64,000 nt of DNA from Felis catus (taxonomy: Eukaryota), in the NCBI RefSeq assembly GCF_018350175.1, contig NC_058382.1:56670001-56734000 (forward strand), read 5' to 3'. The notes under the pieces are model-generated. The model saw nothing but the letters and a program-made list of their open reading frames with translations, searched no databases and was not told where the DNA came from. Position 1 is the first letter of the stretch. Every line of letters begins with the position of its first letter. Both the position numbers and the translations under genes were made by a program. Shown piece by piece: positions 11,757 to 22,304 of this stretch.

Positions 11757-12298
11757 TGTATTTATTTATTTATAATATGAAGTTTATTGTCAAATTTCTG
11801 CTCATCCCAACAGGTATCCTCCTCAATACCCATCACCCACCCTCCACTCCCTCCCACCCCCCATCAACCCTCAGTTCTCAGGTTTTAAGAGTCTCTTATG
11901 TTGTGGCTCCCTCCCTCTCTAACCTTTTTTTTTCCTTCCCTCCCCCACAGTCTTCTGTTAAGTTTCTCAGGATCCACATAAGAGTGAAAACGCATGGTAT
12001 CTGTCTTTCTCTGCATGACGTATTTCACTTAGCATAACACTCTCCAGTTCCACCCACGTTGCTACAAAAGGCCAGATTTCATTCTTTCTCATTGCCACGT
12101 AGTATTCCATTGTGTGTATAAACCACAGGTTCTTTATCCATTCATCGGCTGATGGACATTTAGGCTCTTTCCATAATTTGGCTCTTGTTGAAAGTGCTGC
12201 TATCAACATTGGGGTCCAAGTGCCCCTATGCATCAGCACTCCTGTATCCCTTGGGTAAATTCCTAGTAGTGCTGTTGCTGGGTCATAGGGTAGATCTA
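11715..12298 (-). mobile_element. Young felid L1 (L1_Fc-like), 5'-truncated; ORF2 C-terminus, 3'UTR and (TTTA)n tail
   Basis: ORF 11967-12239 (-) encodes ...IAALSTRAKLWKEPKCPSADEWIKNLWFIHTMEYY...LESVMLSEI...FSLLCGS*, the L1 ORF2p C-terminus; cat-type 3'UTR follows. Confidence 0.93.
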
Positions 12299-12579
12299 AC
12301 TAGTTGCTGCTCCAAAGTCCTCCAACGTGGCGAACACCAATTCTGCGTCTCAGCTGTGTATGAGCCAGCCCGGTGTCGCACATCCTTACCAACCTTTGCC
12401 ATCGTCCTCCTCTATCCCTATGTTGTCTTCGTCTCTGAACCGCCTATGACAGTGTGGCTGTCATATAGTGGGGGGCTGAAATAACGTTTGGTCACGTTAC
12501 CTTTAACCGGAACATCTTTTGCCACTGAGGACCCTCTCCGCATTGCTTACACCTACTCACTCCTTAGGCGCCTGCACTG

Positions 12580-12790
12580 GAACCTTTCCTGAACCCCGGG
12601 CTAGATGAAGTTGTTCTCTTATGTATTCATAATGCTGTCTCTCAATGCACTTGTGACGGTTCGCTATTTTTTTAATCTGCTGTCACTCTTACTGACCCCC
12701 GACCTGGTGGACACTAGAGAATGCCTTTCCTCACCTCTGTTTCCTCATCACCCAGCCCAGAGCCCCACATGTAATCGGCATTTAATAAGA
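12580..12790 (+). mobile_element. L2 3' end fragment
   Basis: cctttcctgaaccc...cacctctgtttcctcatcacccagcccagagccccacatgtaatcggcatttaataa. Confidence 0.5.
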
Positions 12791-13077
12791 GCTTTTAAAA
12801 TAAAGGCCATTGTCATGCAACCACATTCACAATTGAACGAAAGCCTGTGAAAATAAACAGCATATCAGCAGAAGGAAAAATTAAGCTGTCAGTCTGCTGA
12901 ACGGCAAAGATTTCTTTTCTTTATTTCAGGTCTTTTAATGTGACGAGGGAGAGTCAAAGAAAAGCAAAAACACAACATGGTTCTGGAAATGCTTTCCTTT
13001 TTAATTTGGAAAGTGACTGGTGCATCAGTCTCTGACGATTGCTGGGGAAGGGGGGTCTCTGCCCATCGCTGTCCCCC

Positions 13078-13119
13078 GAGTGACCGTCTCCTGCCCTTCT
13101 CCCCTGCCCCCCCCCTTAG
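13078..13119 (+). promoter_or_regulatory. Putative branch point, C-rich polypyrimidine tract and 3' splice site of the CDH13 exon
   Basis: gagtgacc (candidate branch A at 13083), then ctcctgcccttctcccctgcccccccccttag. Confidence 0.75.
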
Positions 13120-13298
13120 GGACCACAGTGATGCGGATGACAGCCTTTGATGCCGATGACCCGGCCACAGATAATGCCCTTCTGCGGTACAATATCCGTC
13201 AGCAGACGCCTGACAAGCCGTCTCCAAACATGTTCTACATCGATCCTGAAAAAGGGGACATCGTCACCGTCGTGTCACCTGCGTTGCTGGACCGAGAG
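13120..13298 (+). CDS. CDH13: Internal coding exon of cadherin-13 (T-cadherin), equivalent to human exon 7; encodes part of extracellular cadherin domain 2
   Basis: Translates (G)[59 protein letters not shown], recognisable as CDH13, with cadherin Ca2+-binding motifs AxDxDD and LDRE. Acceptor ...cccccttag at 13118-13119, donor gag|gtgagc at 13299. Length 179 nt, phase 1 to phase 0. Exon number is from memory of the human gene. Confidence 0.96.
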
Positions 13299-14457
13299 GT
13301 GAGCTGAAAGGCACACATCTTTTTTCATGAGAAGCAAACGCGGCTCTCACAGGGGCGATGGCGTACGGCTTCAGGCAAAGGCACTTTACGTGGAGAGGTG
13401 GAAATGAGGTGCTTACACGTGGTTGGTTGCGGGGGGGAGTCCGTAAAGGGAAATGAGATATCATATGAACCAAAACCACACACTCTAAAAGGCCACACAC
13501 ATCCTTGGAATTATTTGTATTCCTTCCACCCGATGCCTCGGTTTCCTCCTGAAGCACTTACTCATGAGTCCTCATAATGGGACTCTATCCTTACCCACCT
13601 TCCAGAGGAAGCGGATGGGACAGAGGAGGGAAGGGCAGGCAGGGAGGTAGGAGAGGGACAGAGAGGAGGGAGGTGGCTTTGCCCGAGATCACAGAGTCAG
13701 GTGGCTTGGCCTTCTCTTCTTTCCCAAACCCTCTGTCACCGTGTCTCCCCGGAACCCCTCTCTCCTGCTTCACCCTTAGGCTGTCGCTGGGAACCGTCAC
13801 CCATCACGTAGGTCACATGTCACACACAGGCGACCCAGGGAACTCGGCCAGTCCACCCCTTTGCTCTTTGGTTTTACCTAGGCTGCTTTCAGGTTTTCAC
13901 GTTAGTGGCCGTGTCAGAATATTTAGATTTCATTTTTATTTTTCAAAATTTCCAACTTCCAGCCTTCCTGAAAATCACAAATTCTGGAAGTTTCCACACG
14001 TGGACAGTCGGTTACATCAGACGTGGCAGTCAGATGGAGCTGGTGGTCTCAGTCCCGTGTATGTGGGGTGTGGGCTCCTGCCCAGCTCACGCCCCCCCCA
14101 CATGTGTCCCCTGGTCCTGGCCCCCCCTCCTGAGTCACATGTCCCTCTGTAGCTCCCCACAGGCTCCCCTCAGTAGGAGAGACTCCTGGCCCGTCAAACA
14201 CAGCATATTCAGCCAACTTAGGGACTCCCCTCTATCCCCACCGCCTCCACCCGCCCCAGATCTCCCATCCTGGAATTCTTTGTTGCCAACATGGCATCAT
14301 CCCACAGACCTTCCACAAGCAGCACCTGCCCCACGGAAACTGCTGGGTTTTCGGAATGGGCTCTGTGCATTTCCTTGGGTCAGAAATGCCTTCTCTCCTT
14401 TCTGCTTTTCCACACTGTAGCTTCTGCCCAGAATCTGGGTTCGAGCCACTGTCTTTA

Positions 14458-14672
14458 AGTCAGTTAAGCATCCATCTTCGGCTCAGGTCGTGATCTCACG
14501 TTTGTGGGTTCCAGCCCCTCGAAGGGCTTTGCAGTGGCTGCATAGAGCCTGCTTGGGATTCTGTGGCTCCCTCTCTTTCTCTCCCTCCCCCACTCACACT
14601 CTGTGTGTGTCTCTCTGTCTCTCCCTCCCTCTCAAAAATAAATAAACATTAAAAAACAATTAAAAAAAAAAA
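14458..14672 (+). mobile_element. Can-SINE, slightly 5'-truncated
   Basis: agtcagttaagcatcc...gagcctgcttgggattct...ctcaaaaataaataaacattaaaaaa. Confidence 0.9.
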
Positions 14673-14687
14673 GAATATCCCCCTCCT

Positions 14688-14920
14688 GGGGTGCCTGGGC
14701 GGCCTCAGTCACTGAAGCATATGACTCTTGATTTCAGCTCAGGTCATGATCTCACAGTTCATGGGTTCGAGCCCCATGTCAGGCTGTGCACTGATAGCTT
14801 GGAGCCTGCTTGGAATTCTCTCTCTCTCTTTCCCCCTCTCTCTGCCCCTCCCCTATTTGCTCACTCTCTACATACATACATACATACATACATACCCTAA
14901 CTAACAAACTTAAAAAAAAA
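14688..14920 (+). mobile_element. Can-SINE inserted at the A-tail of the previous SINE; contains (TACA)n
   Basis: ggggtgcctggg start; TSD aaaaagaatatccccctcct / aaaaagaataccccttcct. Confidence 0.9.
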
Positions 14921-14943
14921 GAATACCCCTTCCTCTGGGTCTA

Positions 14944-15030
14944 GAGTACTGCCCAACACAGTAGCCACTAGTCCTGTGCAGTTATTTAAATTTTCATTTG
15001 CATTCATTGAAATGAAAATGTAAAAATGCG
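14944..15030. mobile_element. MER3/MER33-like hAT fragment
   Basis: gtactgcccaacacagtagccactagtcctgtgcagttatttaaattt. Confidence 0.55.
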
Positions 15031-15526
15031 TCAGCCGGGACAGGTATGGAATCTTGTCACCGTCACAGAAAGTCCCGGTGGCCTCGACTGTAAACTTAAC
15101 AGAGAGCAGATGCTGCGATCGTCTGCGTGTCTTAGCCCCACTGCTCCAAGCACAGTTGGAGCACTGCTAACAATCTTCATTATACGTCTTTTGCGGTACA
15201 GGCAAGAATGCGTTGGAAAGGAAGATTTTGCCCTTCGGGGGTGGGAATCAGTAGCTAGGAAGAGAACTTACTGGAAGGGAGGGAGAGGATGAGATCTCCA
15301 TTGAAACTGTGGCTGTCACTTGGAAAATGTAATCGTTACTGGTTAAAAGTAGGAAAACGGTGGGGACAAGGAAGGTACGGAGTCCTTCTCCTTCGTCCTG
15401 TCTCCCTTCCCTTTCCAGCCCTCCATGTTTTTATGGCTGCTCGATTCGTTGTCTTCCTCAGAGGCAAGGAATGACTTTCCTTCTCTGTCTATTCCCTGCC
15501 CAGCATGCATGTGCACGCGCGTGTGG

Positions 15527-15535
15527 ACACACACA

Positions 15536-15584
<49 letters not shown>
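15527..15584. repeat. (CA)n microsatellite
   Basis: About 58 bp of (AC)n with one interruption. Confidence 0.97.
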
Positions 15585-15585
<1 letters not shown>

Positions 15586-16328
15586 AGCTTTCCCATAACC
15601 CCTAATTCTCCCAGACACTTGCAGATTTTTGCAAGGCATAGATGCAATGCAGTGGTTTCCGCAGCTCAGCGTCTGTTTTTACTGACAGAAAACGTGTTGT
15701 AAGTCTCTATTTATAAACCAAAGTGATAATATAGTGGATTCTTCCATCTTTAAGGTTTATCGGGGGGCCAGCTGTGTTTTAAGCTCATGATCTCTTCATT
15801 CGGGTTTTTGTCAACTTGCAATAAATACGCAATTATGGGAGGTGAATGAAGCGTTTCTAGCCACGATGCATAAACAGCTCCCCCCCCCCAGAAAGATAGA
15901 CACAGTTTAACTGCAATTGGAAAATCAATGAAAATGAATGAAGAGTGTCACTTCTCTGTGAGGGTTTCCAGAGTTCACTGCTGACCCAGGCAACATCAGT
16001 GCAATCTGAAGGAATGAAACGTCCCCGAATGTAGGCAAGCCTTGACTATTCGCTGTTGCTGCGGTAAGCTTCTCTGCGGCAAGTTTGCTGAAAGGGTAAA
16101 ACGTGACTCCGCGTTGCTCGTCTTTAAAGGGACAGGACTTGCACATGGCACTTGGAAGCTCACTGCGCCTTTCCTGGATCACGTGCCTACGACGGGCCCC
16201 TCCAGCAGGGCTGGAGAATTGTTTGTCATTATTTCTGGACAACTTCTGAGTAGGCATCCTGTCTCGGGTGTGGTTTTAAAGTCTACTGCTGGACCATCCG
16301 AGCAGAACATTTAAAACGTGTATGCACT

Positions 16329-16538
16329 GGGGCACCGGGGTGGCGCAGTCAGTTAAGCGTCCGACTCTTGATTTGGGCCCAGGTCGTGATCTCCCAGTTC
16401 CCAAGTTCGAGCCCCTCATCGGGCTTTGCACAGATCCTGCTTGGGATTCTTCCTCTCTCCCTGCCTTTCTCCCGCTTGTGTTCTCCCTGTCTCTCAAAAT
16501 AAATAAATAGAAACTTTTTTTAAAAAATTAAAAAATAT
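16329..16538 (+). mobile_element. Can-SINE (outer element of a dimer)
   Basis: ggggcaccggggtggcgcagtcagttaagcg...; outer TSD ends tatgcact at 16328 and 16772. Confidence 0.9.
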
Positions 16539-16757
16539 GGGGTGCCTGGGTGGCTGAGTTGGTTAAGCCTCCGACTTCGGCTCAAGTCATGATCTCGTGG
16601 TCCGTGAGTTCGAGCCCCGCGTCCGGTCTATGCCGACAGCTCAGAGCCTGGAGCCTGTTTCAGATTCTGTGTCTCCCTCTCTCTCTGACCCTCCCCCGTG
16701 CATGCTCTGTCTCTCTCTGTCTCAAAAATAAATAAACAGTAAAAAAATTAAAAAATA
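16539..16757 (+). mobile_element. Can-SINE inserted into the A-tail of the previous SINE
   Basis: Full body; inner TSD aaaaaattaaaaaata on both sides. Confidence 0.93.
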
Positions 16758-17796
16758 GAACATTTATGCACTATTCATTTTTAAGAAAATATTCCACTGG
16801 GACCCCTGCAATACAGTGAATGTAAACAAATGGGTCGGGGATTTCGAAAGCTGGGGCCCCTGAGACGATACAAATGGTTTGGTCCTGTTTGGGCCCCACC
16901 TGCTTGGGCTTAGAGGATCTGGAAGCCCGCTGGCTCTGGCATCATGAGCTCAGCTGATACGATGTAAATTTTCCCTTTGCTTTTCCATTTAGTACCTTTC
17001 CTTTACTGTGTACGGACCCAAGGAGGACCCTGGCAGGTGACGTAAGACTCCAGGGAGGCAGCGGGCACTGTTTTCTTTGAACCTGCCTTTCCCATATTTA
17101 CTTTGTCCTGAAGCGTGTCGATGAGGACAGCCGAGGACGCCGATAAATTATCTTTAACGTCACCATCTCGGTCACTGCCTTTTCTTCCCACCACTGCTCC
17201 TCAGGATGTCTCCAGTGGGACCAGCTGAGGCAGGTGCCCTCACTGATCTGCCCCCATCCATACTCTGAGGAGGGAAGGGATTGTGCCCATCTTCCCTGAC
17301 ACATTCCCAGTCCTTAGCACATGACGGATGCCCAACAAATATTTACTGAGCAGTAAAGGGAAGGAAGGGCAGGAGGGAAGGGAAGCAGGCTCAGAGTGAG
17401 TAGCATCTCTCTGTGTGCAGACTGCTGTCTGGCAGGGTCCTTGCCTTTCATTTCCCACTGCATGTGGGGCCGTGTGGCCTCTGGACCCGCAGTGTATACA
17501 CAGATCTGGGAGTGAGACCACCTGTCGCTCACTGGCTTTGGGTCAGGTGAAAATGCTAGAAGGAAGCTCACCTGCTGTCTCCATCTTCTGAGGCCCCATA
17601 ACTGACCCCCTCCTTTTCCTCCTAACCGTGACAGGCAGCTGACTTGGCTTCCCATTCGGGCGGCCACCACTGCTGAATAGATGCCATTGGGCTTGGTGGG
17701 TTTGTTCCACTTGGTCCCCAAATGGTGACAAGTAGAGTCAACTGTGACAGAGTTTCTCAAAGTTTTCTGAGGAGCCTTAGAAATCTCAGTGCTCCA

Positions 17797-17999
17797 GGGT
17801 CACCTGGGCAGCTCAGTCAGTTGAGTGTCCGACTCCTGATTTCGGCTCAGGTCATGATCCCAGGGTCGTGGGATCGAGCCCCAGGTCTGGCTCTGTGCTG
17901 ATGCCCACTTAAAACTCTTTCTCTTTCCCTTTGCCCCTCTCCCGACTCGCTTTCTCTAAAGTAAATAAAATAACTTAAAAAAAAATTTTTTTTAAAGAA
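17797..17999 (+). mobile_element. Can-SINE inserted in a MER5-like element
   Basis: TSD agaaatctcagtgctcca (17779-17796) / agaaatcacagtgcttca (18000-18017). Confidence 0.88.
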
Positions 18000-18178
18000 A
18001 GAAATCACAGTGCTTCAGCAGAAGCCGAGAGCCATAAAATCAGAGTCTCAGGCGGTAGAACAGTCATCGGTAGTTTAAAAGAATAATCCCAGGTGATCCA
18101 AATGTGCGACAAGTTGAGGAGTCCCTGCCTTTGGAGACCATGTTTCAGTGTGGTTGCTGACCCTGTAATGTAAACTGA

Positions 18179-18649
18179 GCGTGTTTGTTTCCCTGGATGG
18201 CTGTAACAATGTACCACAAGCCAGGTGGCTTAAAATGACACACATTTCTTCTCTCACAGCTCTGGAGGCCAGAAGTCTCAAACCAGCGTGTTGGTGGGGC
18301 CAGGCTCCCTTTGAAGTCTCCAGGGGAGGATCCTCTCTTGCCTCTTCCAGCTTCTGGTGGTTCCCAGCCGTCTTTAGTGTTCCTGGGCTTGTAGACACAC
18401 GCTTCCAACCTCAACCTTCGTCTTACATGCCCCCCTTCTGACTGTGTGCTTTCTCACGGTCTTGCCTCTGTGCATACGTGGGTCTTCTTATAAGACACCA
18501 GTCACGTTGGATTAGGACCTCCCTTAATGACCTCGTCTTTACTTGGTTGTATTTGCAAAGACCCTCCTTCCAAATAAGGCCATGTTCACAGGTACGAGGG
18601 GTTGGGACTTAGACGTATCTTTTCAAGGGACATAATTCAATCCGTAATG
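18179..18649 (-). mobile_element. MaLR solo LTR (MLT1C-like)
   Basis: ggctgtaacaatgtaccacaagccaggtggcttaaaa...ctggaggccagaagtc...tttgcaaagaccctccttccaaataaggcc...gggacataattcaatcc. Confidence 0.85.
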
Positions 18650-20296
18650 GTGAGTTAATTGGCCTCTCCTTGCCTTAGTTATTCATCAGTGGAGTGGGAA
18701 TAATAGCACCTGTGCTAAATGAGTTGGTGAGGATCAAATGTGCTAAAACACATAAAGCGCATTGTCTATTCTCAATACAAGCTGCCGTAACTATCATTAT
18801 TCATTGTCGTAGTAAATTGTAAACGTGGGTAGTGAGTTCCCCTTTGAGGGATGTCTTCAGACAGACTGCCCTTGGTAGGGTGTCATACAAGGGATTCAGT
18901 TCATCAGTAAAGGTTAGATCCTTGATGTGTTTTGTGCCCTTGAGCTGTAGTTATTGAAAACATTTATTGAATATCTTCAAGGTACAACGTGCCTTGCAGG
19001 ATGCTGCCCGGGAGACTCACTCTCCTACCTGGCCAGCTGTGGGACCTTGGGCAAATCATTGACCCTCTCTGGGCCTATTTCCTCATCAGGAATGACTGTG
19101 ATCATGACCTCTGCACACCACCTCTCTCACGGCTTCCAGATGTGCATCCCTTCCTCTAGTCTTGCAAACAGCGAACACAGTTTACATGTGTCACACCTCC
19201 TGTGGCTGCCGATCACCCAGGCTCCAGTTCCCTCAGCTCCTGCCGAGACCTTGACTATTGTTTCTACCCACATGTTGCCAGACTCTTTCCAAGTTGTGCC
19301 GGCCAGATTCGCTGTGTTCTGGGAGTCAGGCCTCTTCACCTTTCCTGATGCTGGGCCGGGTTCTGTGGCCATCCCTTAGATTCACAGCTGGATTGTGAGA
19401 GCAGGTGCCGTGACCACTTACTGGCCTTCTGTTTTCATAAGCTCAGCGTTAATAGACATCAAATTTTACTTGGAAAACTCGGTGCATTTTCCAGTGCAAG
19501 GTCCTCTGATTGCTTTTTCTGAAACCATATGGGAATATAAACTACCTGAAGAAGGAGATCTTGGATCTTTGTCCCATCTCTGTATTCTCACTGCCACATT
19601 TAAGAGCCAGATAAATAATAGGCACTCAGCAAAGATTTGTTGGATGGATGGGTTGATGGATGGATGGCCTGTGTTCCTTCAGTCTGTATGTATGAGTAAA
19701 TAGTTTACAGATGATCTTAGAATTTCCTGCAAGATCTACCGCCCTAGCATGGGCATACAAACAGAGGAAATGATTTTGTTTTCGTTGAGAGCCTAGTCTC
19801 GCCCTTGTGTAATCATCTAGTAATCGAATCTACTCACTTCCGCCTACCTTGTGTCAGGACTGCACTAGGCTCTAAGAAATACCTTGGCCAGTGGGATGGG
19901 CGTGAGGATCTGTGTCTCTTGCTTAAATGTTAGGGGAAACGTTTAGAGAAAATAAGAGCCATATATCCTGCTAAACGAAATTGGGTTCATCTGGGGCACT
20001 GTTTTATTCTTTTCCATAACCACACTCAGCCCCTCGTTCTGACAGCTCTGTCTATGTTTTTAAACTATGTCTGGCTGCGCTACAAAATAAAATCAGATAA
20101 AGGTCCCTAACGTTTGATAAATGGTTTATTTAGTTGATCATCTTGGCTGGGAGACCGAAATTCACCAGCTGAAATCTGCCAACTTTTCTGAACACGGCCA
20201 CAATTTGAAACCACTCAGAGTAGCTAATGGTCAGTTTGGGGGCTCTGTTTGTCTTTTTGGTTCCTTCCTTCTCCTCCTCCTCCTCCTCTTTTTTCT

Positions 20297-20500
20297 TTTT
20301 TTTTTAATGTTTTATTTATTTTTGAGATAGAGACAGAGCATGAGCAGGGGAGGGGCAGAGAGAGAGAGGGAGACACAGAATCCGAAGCAGGCTCCGAGCT
20401 GTCAACACAGAGCCGAATGAGGGGCTCAAAGTCACAAACCGCGAAATCACGACCTGAGCCGAAGTCAGACGCTTAACCAACTGAGTCACCCAGGCGCCCC
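20297..20500 (-). mobile_element. Can-SINE
   Basis: Reverse-complement SINE ending caggcgcccc; T-rich TSD. Confidence 0.92.
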
Positions 20501-22047
20501 TCTTTTTTTCTTTTTTTTAACAAATAGAGACATTTTCCTAAAGAGGCCCTTGAAATTCGATCTATCTTAACACTTGCATTGTGAGAGTATCATTAAGTCT
20601 TTTTAAGGGGTTTGAGCACTTTTCTATCTTTATTTGAATTCACCTTCGACTTAATATGTATTGTCCTCTAGATAATCTAAGGGAACTGGTAGCCTACCCG
20701 TAAGAATGTACATCCAGTAAGAGATATTAGGCCTGTGAATGTAATTTATTTTCTATTTTCAGCTGGTAAAGGACTTTCTGAAACTTTGTAACGCCCCCAA
20801 TTTTTAGGCCAAATGGGAAAACAGAGAATTTCCTTCCTTCTTTCCATGGCAAGTGTCACGTAAGACTTATTTTTAGATTTATGTGCGTGTATTTGCTATG
20901 AGAGACTCAGGTATCCTTGATTATGTCAGGGAAAACTGACGAAGGTTAGAGGGAGCATCGTATGGAAAATGGTCAATGACATTGGACATGTGGCTGCGCA
21001 TCTCAGGAGAACTCAGATGTGTTGGGTCCAGGTGATCCAAGTCAAAATATTGTCACGTAGGCCGCATCTCCAGAAACGTAGTAAAGAAGTCTGTGAAAAT
21101 GACGCTATCGCGTCAACCTGCCCGAAAATAAAGGAATAATCCTAAGGGGTAGCATTTTCTTCCTTGCCTTGAACGAAAGAAAAAAATAGCCATCACACTC
21201 TCAGTAAAATAAATGTTTTCAGCCGGCTCTGATCTCATGCTAATACTTTTCTCATTATCATCATGTTTAAAACATTGGCAGTAATTATACACAATTCAAT
21301 CACACTGTCAAGAATATTCTTTCTTTATTTCGGTGGGCGGGACCAGAATTATTCAGATAGCAGCATTCCTCCCCATTTCTGTGAGCTATTTACTCATAAA
21401 TATTTTTGTTGGGATAATTTTCTCCAGTTTTTTTTTTTCTTATCACTTGCTGCTGAGAAAATGGGGAAGGGGAGTAGATGTAAATAAATTCTTATTATTT
21501 TTAAAATAACACATTATCCTTGCAAATGAAACACAGATGGTGAACCACCCTATGTGAATCACACTTGCTCTGTTGTGTCAGCAAATAAAGTGGAATGGGA
21601 TGTTGACGAGGCATGATGCTAACTGAGCCCTGGGGTCTGAGATTCAGTCGCGAGCAGGCCGGCGTCCTGCTGATGGCATTGGGTTTGGAGACGGGGAGTC
21701 GGCGCCCTCCCTGGTGAACTTCTGCACTTGCCCGCTCTGGATCAGTTCTAGCAGGAGACTGTGGTGAGTCTCCACTCTTTTGGTGCCCCTAACCGTTTCC
21801 CCCATCCTCCGAGGTTGGCCCATCCAGCCATGAGAGCAAGGGCGGTCTCTAGTCACCTGGCTGAGTCATGGGTCAAGGGCACGGGAGCCGGCTTCAGACT
21901 CTATGAATTCGTAGACTACTCGTACCTCTTACCAGCTGTGAGAAGCTGGCAGGTCCGTTAGCCTCTCCAAACCTTGGTTCTTGATCTGCTACTCATGAGG
22001 ATGATCGTAGTTTCCCCTCACAGGCTTATCAGGAAGATGAAGTTAGA

Positions 22048-22205
22048 GGGGCGCCTGGGTGTCTCAGTCGGTTAAGATCCAACTCGATCTCAGCTCATGT
22101 CTTGGTTCATGAGTTCGAACCCCATGCCTGGCTTTGTGCTGACAGTGCAAGGCCTGCTTGGGAGTCTCTCTCTCTCCCCCTCTCTCTGCTCCTTCCCCTC
22201 TTGCA

Positions 22206-22258
<53 letters not shown>

Positions 22259-22304
22259 TCACACACACACACACACACAGTAAATAAATAAACTTCTAAA
22301 AAAA
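22048..22304 (+). mobile_element. Can-SINE with compound (CT)n(CA)n microsatellite (22208-22279), inserted in a MIR
   Basis: TSD aggaagatgaagttaga / aggaagattaaataaga; MIR sequence on both sides. Confidence 0.92.

Larger units (their letters stand above)
10480..12410 (-). mobile_element. Ancient L1ME-like 3' fragment, interrupted by an LTR, a SINE and a young L1
   Basis: aaagtaatacattctccttgtaaaaa...; ttggacagtgaggttgttggcaaatc...gcagtgaacatcctg; ctccaacgtggcgaacaccaatt...cacatccttaccaac. Confidence 0.55.

Noticed and set aside
11967..12239. Active L1 retrotransposon
   Set aside because: Only about 580 bp of the 3' end remains; there is no promoter, ORF1, endonuclease or reverse transcriptase domain.
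13020..13307. 95-aa ORF as a stand-alone gene
   Set aside because: Only 13120-13298 is cadherin-like and it is bounded by AG/GT. The extensions are intron read-through.
13577..14420. Long overlapping ORFs (191 and 171 aa) downstream of the exon as further exons
   Set aside because: No cadherin or other domain similarity; Pro/Ser/Gly-rich composition fits GC-rich non-coding DNA.
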